From positions 100,130,001 to 100,194,000 of the forward strand of contig NC_042999.1 in assembly GCF_006345805.1 (NCBI RefSeq): a DNA stretch of 64,000 nucleotides. Reading direction: 5' to 3'. A program made the translations under genes and the position numbers. The DNA is from Octopus sinensis. Its lineage: Eukaryota. Positions 1 through 14,506 of this stretch are shown piece after piece (positions within the stretch are counted from its first letter, which is position 1; each line of letters begins with the position of its first letter). The notes beneath the pieces are model-generated. The model made no database searches and was not told the origin of the DNA. It saw only the letters and a program-made list of their open reading frames with translations.

Positions 1-705
1 GGGTAAAGTGTTTAGAAGAGGATTGGTAGTACACACCATGCAAATAAATATATTAAGAAATACACAAACAAACATAACAGACATTCATCCATTTCATTTG
101 TTTACACAGATTGTATTATATACACACAGGAATAAAACCATATCACAAGTGAGTTTGGATAAAAACACAAAATATATGAACAAAAATATACACACAAATT
201 ATACATTCAAACATATAAACAAAACCACTAACATGCGCGCCTGTTTATTGGTAACATTACACACGCAGAGCCAGATACAAGAACTTAGGAACGTATTATG
301 CATAGGCATTCCCTCAGGTCTGCATACTAGTAAGCATATAAATACACTCACAACCTTGTGTGTGTGTGTGTGTAATGTACGTGCCGGCACACATACATGT
401 AAATATGCATGTGAGTGTTTATGTATAAATATATATGTGTGTGTGTGTATACATATATAGACGTATGTACGTACGTATATATTGTGTGCGCATACTGTCA
501 AATTATGCATGTCATTTGTGTATATATGCATATGCATATATATGAATATGTCTCTATGTGTACATATATATGCGTATATTTATGAATATACACGTATATA
601 TGCATACATATAACTATGCATATACATATACATTTATACATACATTTATTTGCATGTAGACAAACAAACAGCAACATACCTATTTAGACGTTTGTGCAAG
701 CGTAC

Positions 706-915
706 GTTGTTGTGGTTTAATACTTAATCAGCTCTAATCGAGCAGATCTTTGATCAAAGGCATTCCATTCGTGTCTGTCCCAGCTTTTATAATAGATATT
801 TCTGTATCTAGGCTTACATAAATGAATGTATTCTGTCCTTTTATAAATGTTAGATGGTGGTATTTAAGGAGTCTTTAACTACTATTTCTAGTGGCTTCAA
901 TGATGGCAGAGGCTC
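706..915 (-). repeat. Old dispersed repeat (family D, probably an ancient SINE); similar copies near 4720-4935, 6445-6560, 12660-12790, 29330-29560, 30290-30440, 55195-55620
   Basis: Degenerate motifs like CTAGAAATAGCAGCCAAATC and GGAATGCCTTTGATCA..GATCTGCTCGAT recur in several places and in both orientations. Confidence 0.5.
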
Positions 916-1618
916 TATGCTGTCAATTTCTTTTTATTCGCACAAAATGTAAAGATATACTGGACATTTCCAGGGCTTCGGTATACATAGACTACAACAG
1001 ACAAAATAAACGAAACAGTTATTTTATATATCATCGTGCGTGAAATTATAAGCTTTAGAAAGTTCGTGGAATGTACATTTTTGGAGCGCTCTGTTAGGAA
1101 ACATAATGTGCTGGAACACTTAAATACACGTCGATTGCTGTATAGTGGTCTACCTCGTTTTTGCTTGTTTCTCCTTATAAACCGCTCCAAATATGTACAT
1201 TTCACTAACTTTCTACACAGTTATTATTGTATGGTGATACATCAAATAACCGCTTCGTTCGTCTTTAGTCTATGTATATACGAGTCTTCGTGATATATGT
1301 TTTGTGTGAGGGAATGAGTAAGTGTTCTGTTCAACAGTGGTTGATGAGGTGCATTGTGAACGAAACATCTAATTGTTCTGCGAGATAACGAGAAGTAAAA
1401 CTTCCATATTGTCTTTAAGTCATCCAGGACTATTTAATTTCTATAGACTAGAGTCATAGCACTAAATATCGTTTGATATATATCGCTTCCATAAACTGAG
1501 CTCCTATTGCCTAAGTACATGTGCGTCTATCTACTACTCCCTTTCTCTCTTTTCATACATACAGTCGTACTGCCACATTATGCTTATATATATATATATA
1601 TGACTATAAAGACACATG

Positions 1619-1950
1619 CGTAAGAAGCTTGCTTCCCAACCACATGGTTCAAAGCTCAGTCCCATTGCGTGGCATCTTAGGAAAATGTATTCTATTGTAG
1701 CCACGGGTCGAATAAGTCTTGTAAGTGGATTTGGTAGACAAAAACTGAAAGAATCTTGTCGTGTGTATATGTGTGTGTGTGAGTGTGTGTATACATATGT
1801 GTGTGTGTCTCTGTGTCCGCCATCATCACCCCTTGACAACCGGTGTTGGTGTGTTTACGTCCCGTAATTTAGCAGCTCGGCATAAGAGACCAACAGAATA
1901 ATACAAGGCTTAAAAAAATAAATTCTGAGGTCGATTTGTTCGACTAAAAC
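1619..1950 (+). mobile_element. SINE family A (tRNA-like head, internal microsatellite)
   Basis: Colinear with the full copy at 57172-57587 (GCTTGCTTCCCAACCACATGGTT...GTGGATTTGGTAGAC...GGTGTGTTTACGTCCC...GTCGATTTGTTCGACTAAA). Confidence 0.8.
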
Positions 1951-2000
1951 AATAAAAGAAAGAACATATACATACATGCAATATATTCGCACACACACAG

Positions 2001-2079
<79 letters not shown>

Positions 2080-2118
2080 TATATATATATAATGCGTATA
2101 TATATGTATAAGCATGTA

Positions 2119-2172
<54 letters not shown>

Positions 2173-2213
2173 GCGTATATATATATATGCGTATATATAT
2201 GTATAAGCATGTA

Positions 2214-2282
<69 letters not shown>

Positions 2283-2438
2283 AGTATATATATATATATA
2301 TATAATTTATATATATAATTTTATTTTATTTTATTTTATTTTATATATATATTTTATTTGAGAACATAATCTTTGTGGCGATTTGACGTCTATATCTAGC
2401 ATGCTGACTGTCCACTTTTTCGTGTTCAGTCCTTAATT

Positions 2439-2479
<41 letters not shown>

Positions 2480-3266
2480 TATATATATATTTATTATATA
2501 GAAGGAGCTTCTACAGGACTAGAACTGTTTCATTCAAGAGAAATCTTCATATATATATATATGTATATGCATATATATATGTATAAGCATGTATGTACAT
2601 ATTGTAATTTTGATTAGTATCATTTTTATTTCGCTTTTTATTTTTGATCTTGTTAATCTTGTTATTTTTCTTCATCATCTCAACGTTGTTGCTTTACGAC
2701 CAGCTGTTTCAAACCTTTAAGGCTAGTTTGGTTGTTCTGGGCTTGTTTTCTTTTCTGTTCGCTTCGTAGCTTCCACATATTTCAACACCTGCACCAACAG
2801 CTCGAACAACAAACAGTAATATCCCGGTTTGTTCATCTAATTTACTGCGCAGTTTCTTTGATTATTCATGTTGTTATTCTTCTCATTATTATTAGTATTC
2901 CTGTTGCTATAATATATCCTTGTAGTATTTTCTGTCCTTTTTCTTGGCTTTTTCATATATTGTGCCAGTTGCTTACATCATAATGCAGTGATGTGTGAAA
3001 ACGGTCTTCTGTTACTATGTTCTTCTCCTAGTATCGTTAGTGTTATTCCCTATCACTGAGACTTGATAAAGTCATCATTGATGAAAATGCATGTAAAACA
3101 AATTCTTGTTCTAGCACTTCTATATGTACACAGATACACACTTATATATATAAATTTATGTTTTTATATATATATATATGTATATATACATATATACATA
3201 TGCATATAAATATGTGTCGGCTATATATATATACATATATATATATAATATATATACATATATATT

Positions 3267-3334
<68 letters not shown>

Positions 3335-3339
3335 ATATA

Positions 3340-3705
3340 CTAGCAGTATCGCCCGGCGTTGCTCAGGTTTGTAAGGGAAATAACTATAAAGCATTTTTAG
3401 AGAGTTATAGCCAAAAAATAACAAAAAAATGGAAAAAAAATGATGGTAAATTTTTTTTTAGTTAAAAAAGGTGGAGTTGCGTCCCCTAGACAGTTTGCGG
3501 TTTGTGTTTCTGATTCTCGAACCCATGTCGAATTTATCGATTTTTTTCAGAACTGGGGGAACTTTTCAAAATTTTCGCTGCGTTAGTTTTGAATTATGAC
3601 ATTGGGCTATGTGTGTGTCAAGTTTCATCAGAATCGGTTGAAAGCCGTGGTCAGGGTGAGGGTACAAGCAAACAGACACACAGAAACACGCACAGACAAA
3701 CTGCC

Positions 3706-3710
<5 letters not shown>
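3340..3710 (-). mobile_element. Non-autonomous Helitron-like element inserted in (TA)n
   Basis: The minus strand ends in an imperfect GC hairpin (3352-3367), a short spacer and CTAG|T, the canonical Helitron 3' end. (TA)n lies on both sides, so the 5' TC cannot be resolved. Confidence 0.6.
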
Positions 3711-3749
<39 letters not shown>

Positions 3750-6022
3750 GTGTGTATGCATATGCATATATAAGTGGGGTAACATATAGTTTCGTGTGTA
3801 TTTGTATGCCTCACTATATATGGGTAAGTGTGCGTTTTGTGTAAGAGAGCCAGAAAAGGAGAATATGCTCATTGAACGCACATATATGAAAGAATTTATG
3901 TTTTTTACTTTTCTAATTCCAGCTTGTTAGCGAATTTGTTAATATCCTTTTCTTGATAATTTTCTACTGTGTGAAAGAGTTTTATCTTAGAATAGCGTTC
4001 TATTATTTATACGAAGTTCTATACTTATAGTACAACACCATCCCTTAGCAACGAAAACCTTCCTACAGAAGTCAAATATTGCGATTTAGCATTGCTTACG
4101 AAGATATGTCTACTTGATATAATAAAGAGACTTAGTTTAATGGATTAGGTGTAGCTCCTGCATGAGGAAAGTATTGTGGTGGTATTTTACTTTAAAATCA
4201 GGTTACAAAAGGAAAACAGCTTTGTTATGTAGAATTAAACTCAGATTATCATTTGAATGAAATAACAGATATTACTCAGGTAATGCAGCTAAACCAGTTT
4301 GGCTATGTTTTATTATTGATGAATCAACAGCTAATACTTAATAATTTGCTTTGATTTTGTTGTAAAGAGAATAACCAGCAAGGAACAGGCCGAAAGGTTA
4401 GTTTGTCTATTAGATTATGCGATTATTGTTCCATCTCGTTAGCTGTAGCCTAGTCGTAAAACTATCAACTTGCAGATTAAGAGTTGCAGGATATGGTAAC
4501 ATATTGTTAGGGCATTGCGAGCATTAAATGAATCTCTGTTATTTCGTCAAACATGTATTACAACTTTTTTCTCATTTGCTAAAAACATTTAGATGACGCA
4601 TCGATCACATGAACATATCCCTAGGATGGACTTTGATCTTAGTCTTTCTTGTGCAGAGCTTTGTTACCGTTAACTAATGTCATACTATATCACTGCACAC
4701 GAGCCAATCGTTTTGGTCTGCTTAAAGTAGCAGCCATGTGTCATTCAAATTATTCTTTTACAGTCAAAAAAATTTAGTGTAGCAAGGTTAATTTGTCGTC
4801 TGGTATAACACCATCACTTGCTACATTGGGTACTGTCTTAAATCTCCATGACAGACATGATCGTCACAACATAAATGTCTTTAAACACAGATCTGCTTAA
4901 TTAAGGCAAAACTCAAATTAAAACAGCAGCAACAATACTATATAGTTTGTCGGAGTTCAAACCCTGTTGAAGTGTATGACCATATGATACTTGAACATGT
5001 TTAGAGAATCAAGCAAAATGTCAAAAAGAAGAAGTTAATAGGACAGGCATATCTTCTTATCTGAGGCGTTATCTGTTGTGTTTGAATTTTGAAATATTTT
5101 ATCACCAGTATATTTCCTAACTATGTTATTGTTATTGATGTTGTTTAGGGCAAATAGACCCTGATCAAGTAGCTTGTTTCCAAGTAGCACATATGCAAAT
5201 AATCAATTAATTGTAAAAACAGATATTTTCAGGAACTGTGAAACCTAGGTGTTAGTGTTTTTCACTTTTCGACTATTTCTATGATATTAAATTACATGGT
5301 GTGAATTCAACGGGTTGATTAGAAAATGTTCGAAAGAGCAATTAAATCTCAGTCATACATAACTATTCCATCTTAAGCTCTTAAAAAGTCGAGATGATCA
5401 CAGCTAAACTATCTTTTCTATCATATGTTCTCTCAACACACCTTGATTTCATTCGACTAAAATGCCACACTATGGAGCCTGTCAGAAAATATACAGAGAT
5501 TGGTGAACGTAATAACTGTTAGAACGTATTTTAAATAGCTTAATCAAAGGAAAATGTGCGTGCAGTGTTTATTACGTTTTGTCGGGCCTCCGAGCTTGGT
5601 GGGAGAAACAGGAAGAAATAGCAACCTTATTAATGTTGTTGTATTATCGCTTTTTAATGAGGGCTCTAGTATTTAGAGGGAATGCCGGCAGTAATACAGA
5701 GCGTTACAAGAAGATAATATTGGTGTGACGGTAGTGTATTCCAACTGGTGTGTTGCTTGGGCACGAGCGCTAATATACCATGCCAGCCATTTGCATGTTG
5801 GCACAAACCGGAAGTTGATTGAAATGATATTTTATTAGCTCCTGAAAGATGAAAGGGAAATTTGGCCATATTAGAATTTGAACTCGGACTGTAAATAACC
5901 AAAACAAATCCTGCTAGAATTTTTTTTCCGGAAATTCTATAGATTCTACCAATTCACTGACTTAATGTCAATTAGTATTCTTTTAAATAACTAGCTAAAT
6001 ACCGTATATAACTCAGCAGCAA

Positions 6023-6040
6023 CAGTAGTAGTAGTAGTAA

Positions 6041-6122
<82 letters not shown>
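6023..6122. repeat. (TAG)n microsatellite
   Basis: Direct reading. Confidence 0.95.
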
Positions 6123-6124
<2 letters not shown>

Positions 6125-7208
6125 GAGGAGGAGGAGATGTTGTTATTGGTTTTGCTGTTATCGTTTATCAGTATCTATCCACCTACTATATATCTGATAT
6201 GCAAACTGCACCAATAGCGGCAGCTGCAGTAGCAGCAACAGATCGATTCCAGTTAATGATTACCGACAAGAATATAAAGGAAAACTGTTATTAAATGCCA
6301 GTATTGATGCAGTGACATTTTATAGAAATGCGGGAACTTTCCTAGTTGAAATGAGTCAAAGATTGTTTTCATTTATACAACAAATAAAGATTTCTTTTGT
6401 CTAAACACAATCGGTTTAGACGAAACCACTCTATTATCATCATCTAGGTAGTCGTTCAATTTGCTCGAAATAGCAACCAAATCTTGTTCGAATCAGAGAT
6501 GGTCATGGTTGGAATGTACTTATGAACATAGGTTCTCTAAACAAGTGTTAACTTGATGCTTTCTTTCTCAACTTGGTTTCACGAGAACGCTACAACATAG
6601 AACCTATCTGACACAAAATAAATAGAGATTGATGATTGAGTATTATATCTGTTGGATTTCTTTTTCGTGCGGCTTAATCAAGGAAAGAATGGTAACATCG
6701 ATAAATTTTGGTGAGGCCTTCGTGTCTCATACGAGAAAAGAAGATAAAAAAAAACACGACCTCAGAGTAAAAATACTGGTTTCAATGTTTGCAAAAAAGT
6801 AGACTCTGCTAAAGGTTCCTGCGGGTCGGAAGTTGGTGTTAGGATGGGTAACGAATTAAGGCTATCACCTATAATGCAGAAGGTATAAAATTTGTTGCTC
6901 AAAATACCTAGTGGTATTTGGTAAAGCCCTTGAATTCTGTGTTTTAATCCCGTCTACGTCGAGTTTCACTTTGATCCCTCCAAGCTTAATAAAATAAGTA
7001 CCAATCTACTTGGTACTTTTGTCGATACAGTTACTTATTCTCTTGAAGGCAGCGCCTCAGTATAACTATAGTCTATACTACTGCTGCCTGTGCTGATACT
7101 ACTACAACTACTACTACGACTACTACCACTACTAATAATAATGATAATAATAATAATAAAAATAATAATAATACTAATAATAATAATAGTAATAATAATA
7201 ATAATAAT

Positions 7209-7580
7209 AACAAGAGCACTCAGAGAGCGCAAACCTCCACCAAGGCAACACGAACGTCCTCTCATCGATTAGCCGGAGATGATTTTTAAAAGAAGAATAT
7301 CTGAAATAACCTCGACTGCTCTCACAAACGAGAATATTAAAAATGAGCCCGACCGCTCTCAAAAATTAAGTAAAAAAAAAAAAAAAACGGGAAAAAATAA
7401 TCAAGAATCTTTATCCGGTACCAGATCGATCCAAAAATATAATCAGTTCGTGCCAGTCACGAGGCCAAACATCTCTGAAAGTTTCATCCAAATCCATCCA
7501 GCGGTTCTTGGGATATCTTTTCCACGGTGAAACAAACAAACATGACTGAAAACAATACTTCTACCTTCGCTAAGGCGGCC
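7209..7580. mobile_element. Helentron-associated (HINE/DINE-like) non-autonomous element
   Basis: Subterminal motif ACCTCCACCAAGGC near the left end recurs as ACCTTCGCTAAGGC(GG), part of a hairpin, at the right end. Internal AAAGTTTCATCCAAATCC and a short (AAAC)n; no ORF. Confidence 0.5.
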
Positions 7581-7585
7581 GCAGT

Positions 7586-7790
7586 ATTCTTTTCTACTAT
7601 AGGCACAAGGCCTGAAATTTAGGGGGAGGAGGGCCAGTCAACTAGATCGACCCTAGTACACAATTGGTACTTAATTTATCGACCCCGAAAGGATGAAAGG
7701 CAAAGTCAAAGCGGAATTTGAACTGGGAACGTAGCGACAGGCGAAATGCCGCTAAGCATTTCGTCCAGCTCGCTAACAATTCTGCCAAAT
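7586..7790 (-). mobile_element. SINE family B
   Basis: Reverse complement of the 8005-8190 copy; core GCCTTTCATCCTTTCGGGGTCGATAAATTAAGTACC. Confidence 0.8.
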
Positions 7791-8004
7791 ACCACTACTA
7801 CTACAAATTTTTCATCTTTTAGTCAGCATTGCTCGTAACCTTTTATAGGGGCCCCGTTACTGGTAGCAGGTTGGAGGGAATGATTCCTCAGATGGAAGGC
7901 CTAGCGTAAATGCTTGAAATAACATTGCTAGGTGTTGGTATGGCCTTGTGCCTATTTTAGAAAGGATTGGGGTTCGATTATTCGCTAGGGAGTCTTGTTA
8001 TTTC

Positions 8005-8190
8005 AGGCGGCGAGCTGGCAATGTCGTTAACACGCCAGGCGAGATGCTTAGCGTTATTTCGTCCGATCTGAGTTCAAATTCCGCTGAGGTTGACTTTGCC
8101 TTTCATCCACTTAGGGTCGATAAATTAAGTACCAGTGAAACATTGGGGTCGATGTAATCGATTAGTCCCTTGTGCCTATAGTAGAAATTA
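8005..8190 (+). mobile_element. SINE family B with (TTA)n tail; decayed copies at ~6930-7035, 13020-13165, 23660-23850, 24010-24290, 33080-33385, 55030-55120
   Basis: A-box-like GAGCTGGCAATGTCGTTAA and B-box-like GAGTTCAAATTCC; central GCCTTTCATCC..GGGTCGATAAATTAAGTACCAG; runs into (TTA)n at 8187-8284. Confidence 0.8.
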
Positions 8191-8205
8191 TTATTATTAT
8201 TATTA

Positions 8206-8285
<80 letters not shown>

Positions 8286-9109
8286 GTCTTTTATACAGCC
8301 ATTATGACTACCTGTCTGATAAAGGTATATCAGGCACATGCATCACAACCATATGTGCACCACACGGTGATCTAATATCAAGATAAACAACGCATGACCT
8401 TGCAGGTGGTGCCCAGTTTGAATTTTCTTCAGGCCGAGTAGCTCATCCCGCTCAAAAGGTCCTTGAATGAGATTTCTTTAAGGCATTCAAGTAATAACCA
8501 CCCCAACTTTTTGTATATAGTGGTATACGCTGCCTTCCCTTTTTAAAACAACAAAATATATTTTGTGTAAGCGTTGCTTACTACTATCTCCAGGAAGTGA
8601 AGCCAGCGTGTAGAGACTCCTTGTTACATTCCATTCTTTCTGGTTATATGCATCTTTAGTGGCTATTCAGTATGATCTCTTTTTCCCTTTGGAAACATGT
8701 TCTTTGCTTCTAGAGAAAAATCTGTAAAGTGTATTTGACATTATAATGACAATGTGTGCGTTAGAATATAGACAGTAATTGTTGCAAATATATTCTCTCT
8801 CTTCTATATTTTAAGGTTGCCATGGATTGCACCGTGGCGTTTGTCAGTGCTTTTTTTCTTTTTTTTCTTTTTTTTTTATGGTGAGTCAAAGTTACACCAA
8901 TAACTTTCAATCATAGCTGAAACGCTTATTTTTATATTTTACTTACTCTTACTCCTCTTTCTCTTCCTTCGTCTGTTCCTTCTCCTTCCACTTCTCCCTT
9001 CCTATTCTTTTCCTTCCTTCTTTTATCTTCTTCCGAACATAACTAAAATCATCTTACGTGACAGCTGTGTCATGTGTTTATACACACACACACACCCATA
9101 CATACACAC

Positions 9110-9155
<46 letters not shown>

Positions 9156-9302
9156 GAATTTATATATGTGTATGTGAATCTATGTGCATCTATATATTTA
9201 TATATATATTTATGTATGTATGTATATATGTATATACATATATATATATATATATATACATATATGTATATATATATATATACATATATGTATATATATT
9301 TA

Positions 9303-9338
<36 letters not shown>

Positions 9339-9812
9339 TGTATGCATATGCACACATATATACACATACGCACACATGTATGTATATGTATGTAGGGTTA
9401 TACGCATGTATGCATGGAGACATGCATTTTCAAGAATCGGTCACTAACAGAAATGACAAAACTTCTTTCTCCTACTTGACAAGTGTCTTACATATTTTTG
9501 CCATCATATTGAGAATTTCTGAAGGTGTTCTTAAGTCATTTCATAGATTTGTATGTGATCCCTATGCTTTTCATGTTTCGATGGCCTCATAAACATGTTG
9601 AATCGGCCCGATCACATTGGTGAATTTATCTTTTGCTGTACTATCGAGTCGAGAATCTAGTCGGTAGAGGTCTGACGTATGTATATGCATGTGTGTGCGC
9701 GCGCGAGCGCACGGGAGTGCGTATGTGTATATATGTATATGTATGTATATATGTATATATATGTGTATATATATACATATATCTGTGTGTATGTGTATGT
9801 GTGTGAGCGTGA

Positions 9813-10060
9813 GTGCGCATGGCCTAGTCGTTAGGGTGTTGCACTCACGATCGGGGAATGCTTTGTGTTCTTGAGCAAAATACTTCTTATCGCGTTGCTC
9901 TGCGATCACTTCGACACTTCACATGTGGTACATTGTGTACCTGTTCAGACGACGTCGATTCGACGAAGAGAATGAGCTAATGTGCGGCACGAACATTTGA
10001 TTACTATAAACAAGTCATCTGTGCAGGTCGTTCGGCAAAGCTGAACGACAGGAGAGTCCA
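9813..10060 (+). mobile_element. tRNA-derived SINE family E
   Basis: Head GCGCATGGCCTAGTCGTTAGGGTGTTGCACT; homologous minus-strand copies at 49900-50135 and 57640-57905. Confidence 0.65.
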
Positions 10061-10063
10061 TCT

Positions 10064-10152
<89 letters not shown>

Positions 10153-11009
10153 GTCTTTCGCGACATCTTTAAAGCCCTACCTCTCTTTTGTCCTAGAACT
10201 TATAGGCCGGTTACTTTGTTTCCATCATGTATAAGAGACCGAGATCTCATTCTCCCTACACAAGACACCACTCCGTCGTAGGTTTAATCATTTACTGCTC
10301 AGTGGAGCAGAGCGATGAGAAATGTAGTGTTTTGCTCAAGAAAAACGCATAATGTGGCAGGTAGACACCAACTTCATTGGTGGTCATGTATTCGGTATTT
10401 AGTGTTTTTTGTACTGAGAAACAGATCGAATTTGGCTGCAACATCTCCAAGGAATGTTAACAAATCATGCTTATGACAATTAATGAACTATGAGCCTTAG
10501 ACCGTCAGCATACTCAAGTTCAGTGAGGCAGCGATACGTGCACTCGGACATTTTGATTTCTTGTGCTTGATTGTGAGATCTTCGTCTTAAATAGTATTAA
10601 TACTTTGCTCAAAGATGTAGTCCAGTTTCAATAACAAAGACAAAAAGAGTTACGATGTCTCTCTAAAAGTAATGGACCGTATGCGTGTGAGAGTGTGTGC
10701 GTGTCTGTTGACATATATATTGTGTCATATCTTGCTTGTTACCGGGGACTGGGATCTCCTTTAACAGGCTGTTGGTATTAACTAAAGCGTCAAGAATAAT
10801 GTAAGGCAGTAAGATCTAGTCCCTTGAAATTACTGAATTCGTTGTACGTATAAACAGACTGGGTACTTGGATCTTGTCATATGAGAGACAAATAGATGAG
10901 AGACAAATAAGAATCGATAATCGATTAAGGTTGTTTATTCTTTTTAAACTATGGAGAGGCAGTTAAATTTGTCATGTTTGTGTGTCTACTGCGTAGCTGT
11001 ACACATGAC

Positions 11010-11595
11010 ACACACATATGTATGTACTTACATACACACTACATACATACATACGCACACATACGTCATACATACTAAATACGTAGATGAATGCTACTTA
11101 CATTCATACATACATACATACATACATACATACATACGTACGTACGTACTTCATACATACTACTACATCTATGCATACTACATACATACATACACACACA
11201 TACATACTTCATACATACAACATATATAGATACATGCATACTACGTACATACATACTTCGTACATTCTAATACATACATACTACTATATGCATACTTACT
11301 TCATACATACATACTTTATGCATACTACTACATACATGCATACTATATGCATACGTACTACATATATACATACTACATACATATACACACACATATATAC
11401 ATACATACACACATACATACTTCATACATACTACATACACACACACGTACATTCATACTACATACATGCATACTACATACATGCTACATACATATACACA
11501 CACAGACATCCATCCATTTATACATACATACATACATACATACATACATACATACATACATACATCATACATACATACATACATACATACATACT
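11010..11595. repeat. Degenerate (TACA)n compound microsatellite
   Basis: Direct reading; it accounts for the H/T/Y/I-rich spurious ORFs. Confidence 0.9.
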
Positions 11596-12228
11596 TGTAC
11601 GTCCATGTCTGTGTTTATATTTACCGCAGTATACCAGTGTATCGAATTCTGACCATCGATATAAAAAGAAAGGCTAATATAGTCTTTCGAAAAATTCCGA
11701 TCCGTAAAGATATTCAATATGTATGGTAAACAATGTGATTGACTAAATCACTTAAATGTGTTACCTCTGCATGATCGCAGTTAAACGTCTGAAACCAGTA
11801 AAAGAGCCAAAAAAATGTATTCGTCAATTCGGAAAATTTCACCTCTGCTTTCTCTGTTAAGTTGCCTGATTCATATATTTATCAGTATATATCGCCGCTA
11901 TATTTTTGGTGGTATGCGTAAATATACATTTTCCAATCGATGGGTTATATTTTCTACGAGGTACAATACAAACTGTCTTACATGTCATTGAATCTTTTAT
12001 CAGGAGGATACTCGAAAAGCATCTTGCTGTAGATGATAATTGCAACAATTAAATTTGTAGCAGTGATCCGTAATATTGATACTAATGTGAAATAAAATCG
12101 GAATTCATGGCCTATGTTCGAAAAATTAGTCCCTAAAAGAGCTGGTACAGGAATTCTGTGTTTAAATATGCGGAAGAGTGAAAATGATGTTATCATTTGA
12201 GCTAAGATAAACCTCCACAGAGAATGAC

Positions 12229-12309
<81 letters not shown>

Positions 12310-13733
12310 GTGTATATATATATATATTATTTAACGAAGGTGAAAAACCCGAAACTTTAGCTCCTTCACTACTCAGGTATTCGAATTCACCAGAATCCGT
12401 CTGTAGCATTTGATTCACTCTAACATACTATCTGTTATACCACGCTGGCTATTTTCAATTTCATCATATCCACATTCGCCTGCTGCTGTAGTTTTTGTTT
12501 GTGTTGTTGTTGCTGTTTTGATTGATGTTGTAATTATTGTTGCTTACAAATACATTTCAAACATACTTTTCATCAAGCATACATTTCTCCTCACACATAC
12601 ATTTCATTACACATACATTTCGTCCCTGCTCCAGTGCACATATGGTCAAACGTTTTTGAAGCTATGACCATCCTCGTGTCTCGCATACCCACAACCATTG
12701 AATACGTTTTGTAATGTATCCTACCACGTACAACATGTTAAGCTGCTGTTTGGGAGAAATCTGGCTGTCATTCCAAGCAGATTGAGTGTCAAGGCTTCCA
12801 CGATGGTTCTCTAGTGATCCGTTGAGTCTATGATCAGAATAATTCACATTGTTTTGCTAATATCTAATGCTTCAACAGCAACTATTATTATATACGAACA
12901 TTCTGTATAACTTATAATTATGTGTATGCATTATATATGTATTATATTATAAGGAATAAGGACTCTAGTTTTGTAAATCGTTAAAGAGTCGTAAGAATAT
13001 TTTAGTGTATTTATTCCAGTGTTTTATGTTCTTTACTTCTATCCTATGCGGTCAAATTCGCCTTTCATCCTACGAATGTGGATTAAATTAAATACCAAGG
13101 CTGACTTAATTGACAAACCTCTCCCTCAAAATATATAGCCTTCTGCTTATGTTAGGAATGATTATGACATAAAAACTAATATCATTATGATTATTAAAAG
13201 CAAAACAAAATCCTTATGGGACAACTCATAACGATAGAACAAGTAGAATCCCATGATCATTTGAATGCCAGACAAAACGCAACGTTAACTTCCGACTCCT
13301 TTACGTTTGAAATTTGATTAAGCGACGACGACGCTTTTATGTAAGTTTCGTCACGTTATGAAATGATTACACGGAAAACACGAAACTGGGTAATGAGTTA
13401 GTCTCACTGACAAATACCACAGCATTATGCATGTTTCTCCCACACTTAGTAGTGTTCAATCAATTTACGTTTTGGTTTACCAATTTTATTTAGATACCAG
13501 TTCTGTTTTGAATATCCCGACAACTACGTCCACACCCATGTATACTTCTATAATGTATGTGTATACATGTAGATGTACATGCATGTGCTTCTGAGTGTGT
13601 GTGTGTGTGTGTGAATTTACGTATGGATGTACATTCGTGTTCATGTATGTATGAAGGTATATATGTAAGCATCCATGTATATATGCACGTATGGATGCAT
13701 ATATGTATACATGTTTGTAGTACATATCTGTGA

Positions 13734-13788
<55 letters not shown>

Positions 13789-13964
13789 CATACTTATATA
13801 TGTGTGTGTGTATGTGTGTTTGTGTATTTGTGTGTTTGTGTCTTTGTGTGTGTGTGTGTGTGTGGATATTTAGATAGTTCAGCATCATGCATGGAAGTAC
13901 ACCTTACTACAAAAATTGATGCGTTCATATATTGATCAATGCGCCAATATATAGACGCATACAC

Positions 13965-14002
<38 letters not shown>

Positions 14003-14258
14003 ACAAACTCACACACATGTTTGTATGTATGTGTGTATGTATGTGTATATTGTGCATAATCTATCTGAATATATAACCATTTCCTGCAAATATTCTCTAA
14101 AGGCCAATATGAAAATTTAATCATACTATTATATAAGCGTTTGATTGTGGTGTACTTTCATTTAATCTAGAAACTGTATCTAAAAGTGTGTATGCATGCA
14201 TATATGTGTGTATCTCTGTGTGCGTGTTTACGTATATCTATATATATATATATTATAT

Positions 14259-14292
<34 letters not shown>

Positions 14293-14425
14293 ATATATAT
14301 ATATATAATATATATATATACGTGTGTGTATATATGTATATATTTTTATTGGCGTGTGCGTGTCTATGTAGTGGTGGTGGGAAGTTTGTGTGTATGTATG
14401 TACACAGATAGATAGATAGTTAGAT

Positions 14426-14506
<81 letters not shown>

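Noticed and set aside
2075-2602. Recurring GTATAAGCATGTATGTACAT units separated by variable (TA)n, superficially CRISPR-like
   Set aside because: Local duplication within a microsatellite; no unique spacers, no cas genes, eukaryotic context.
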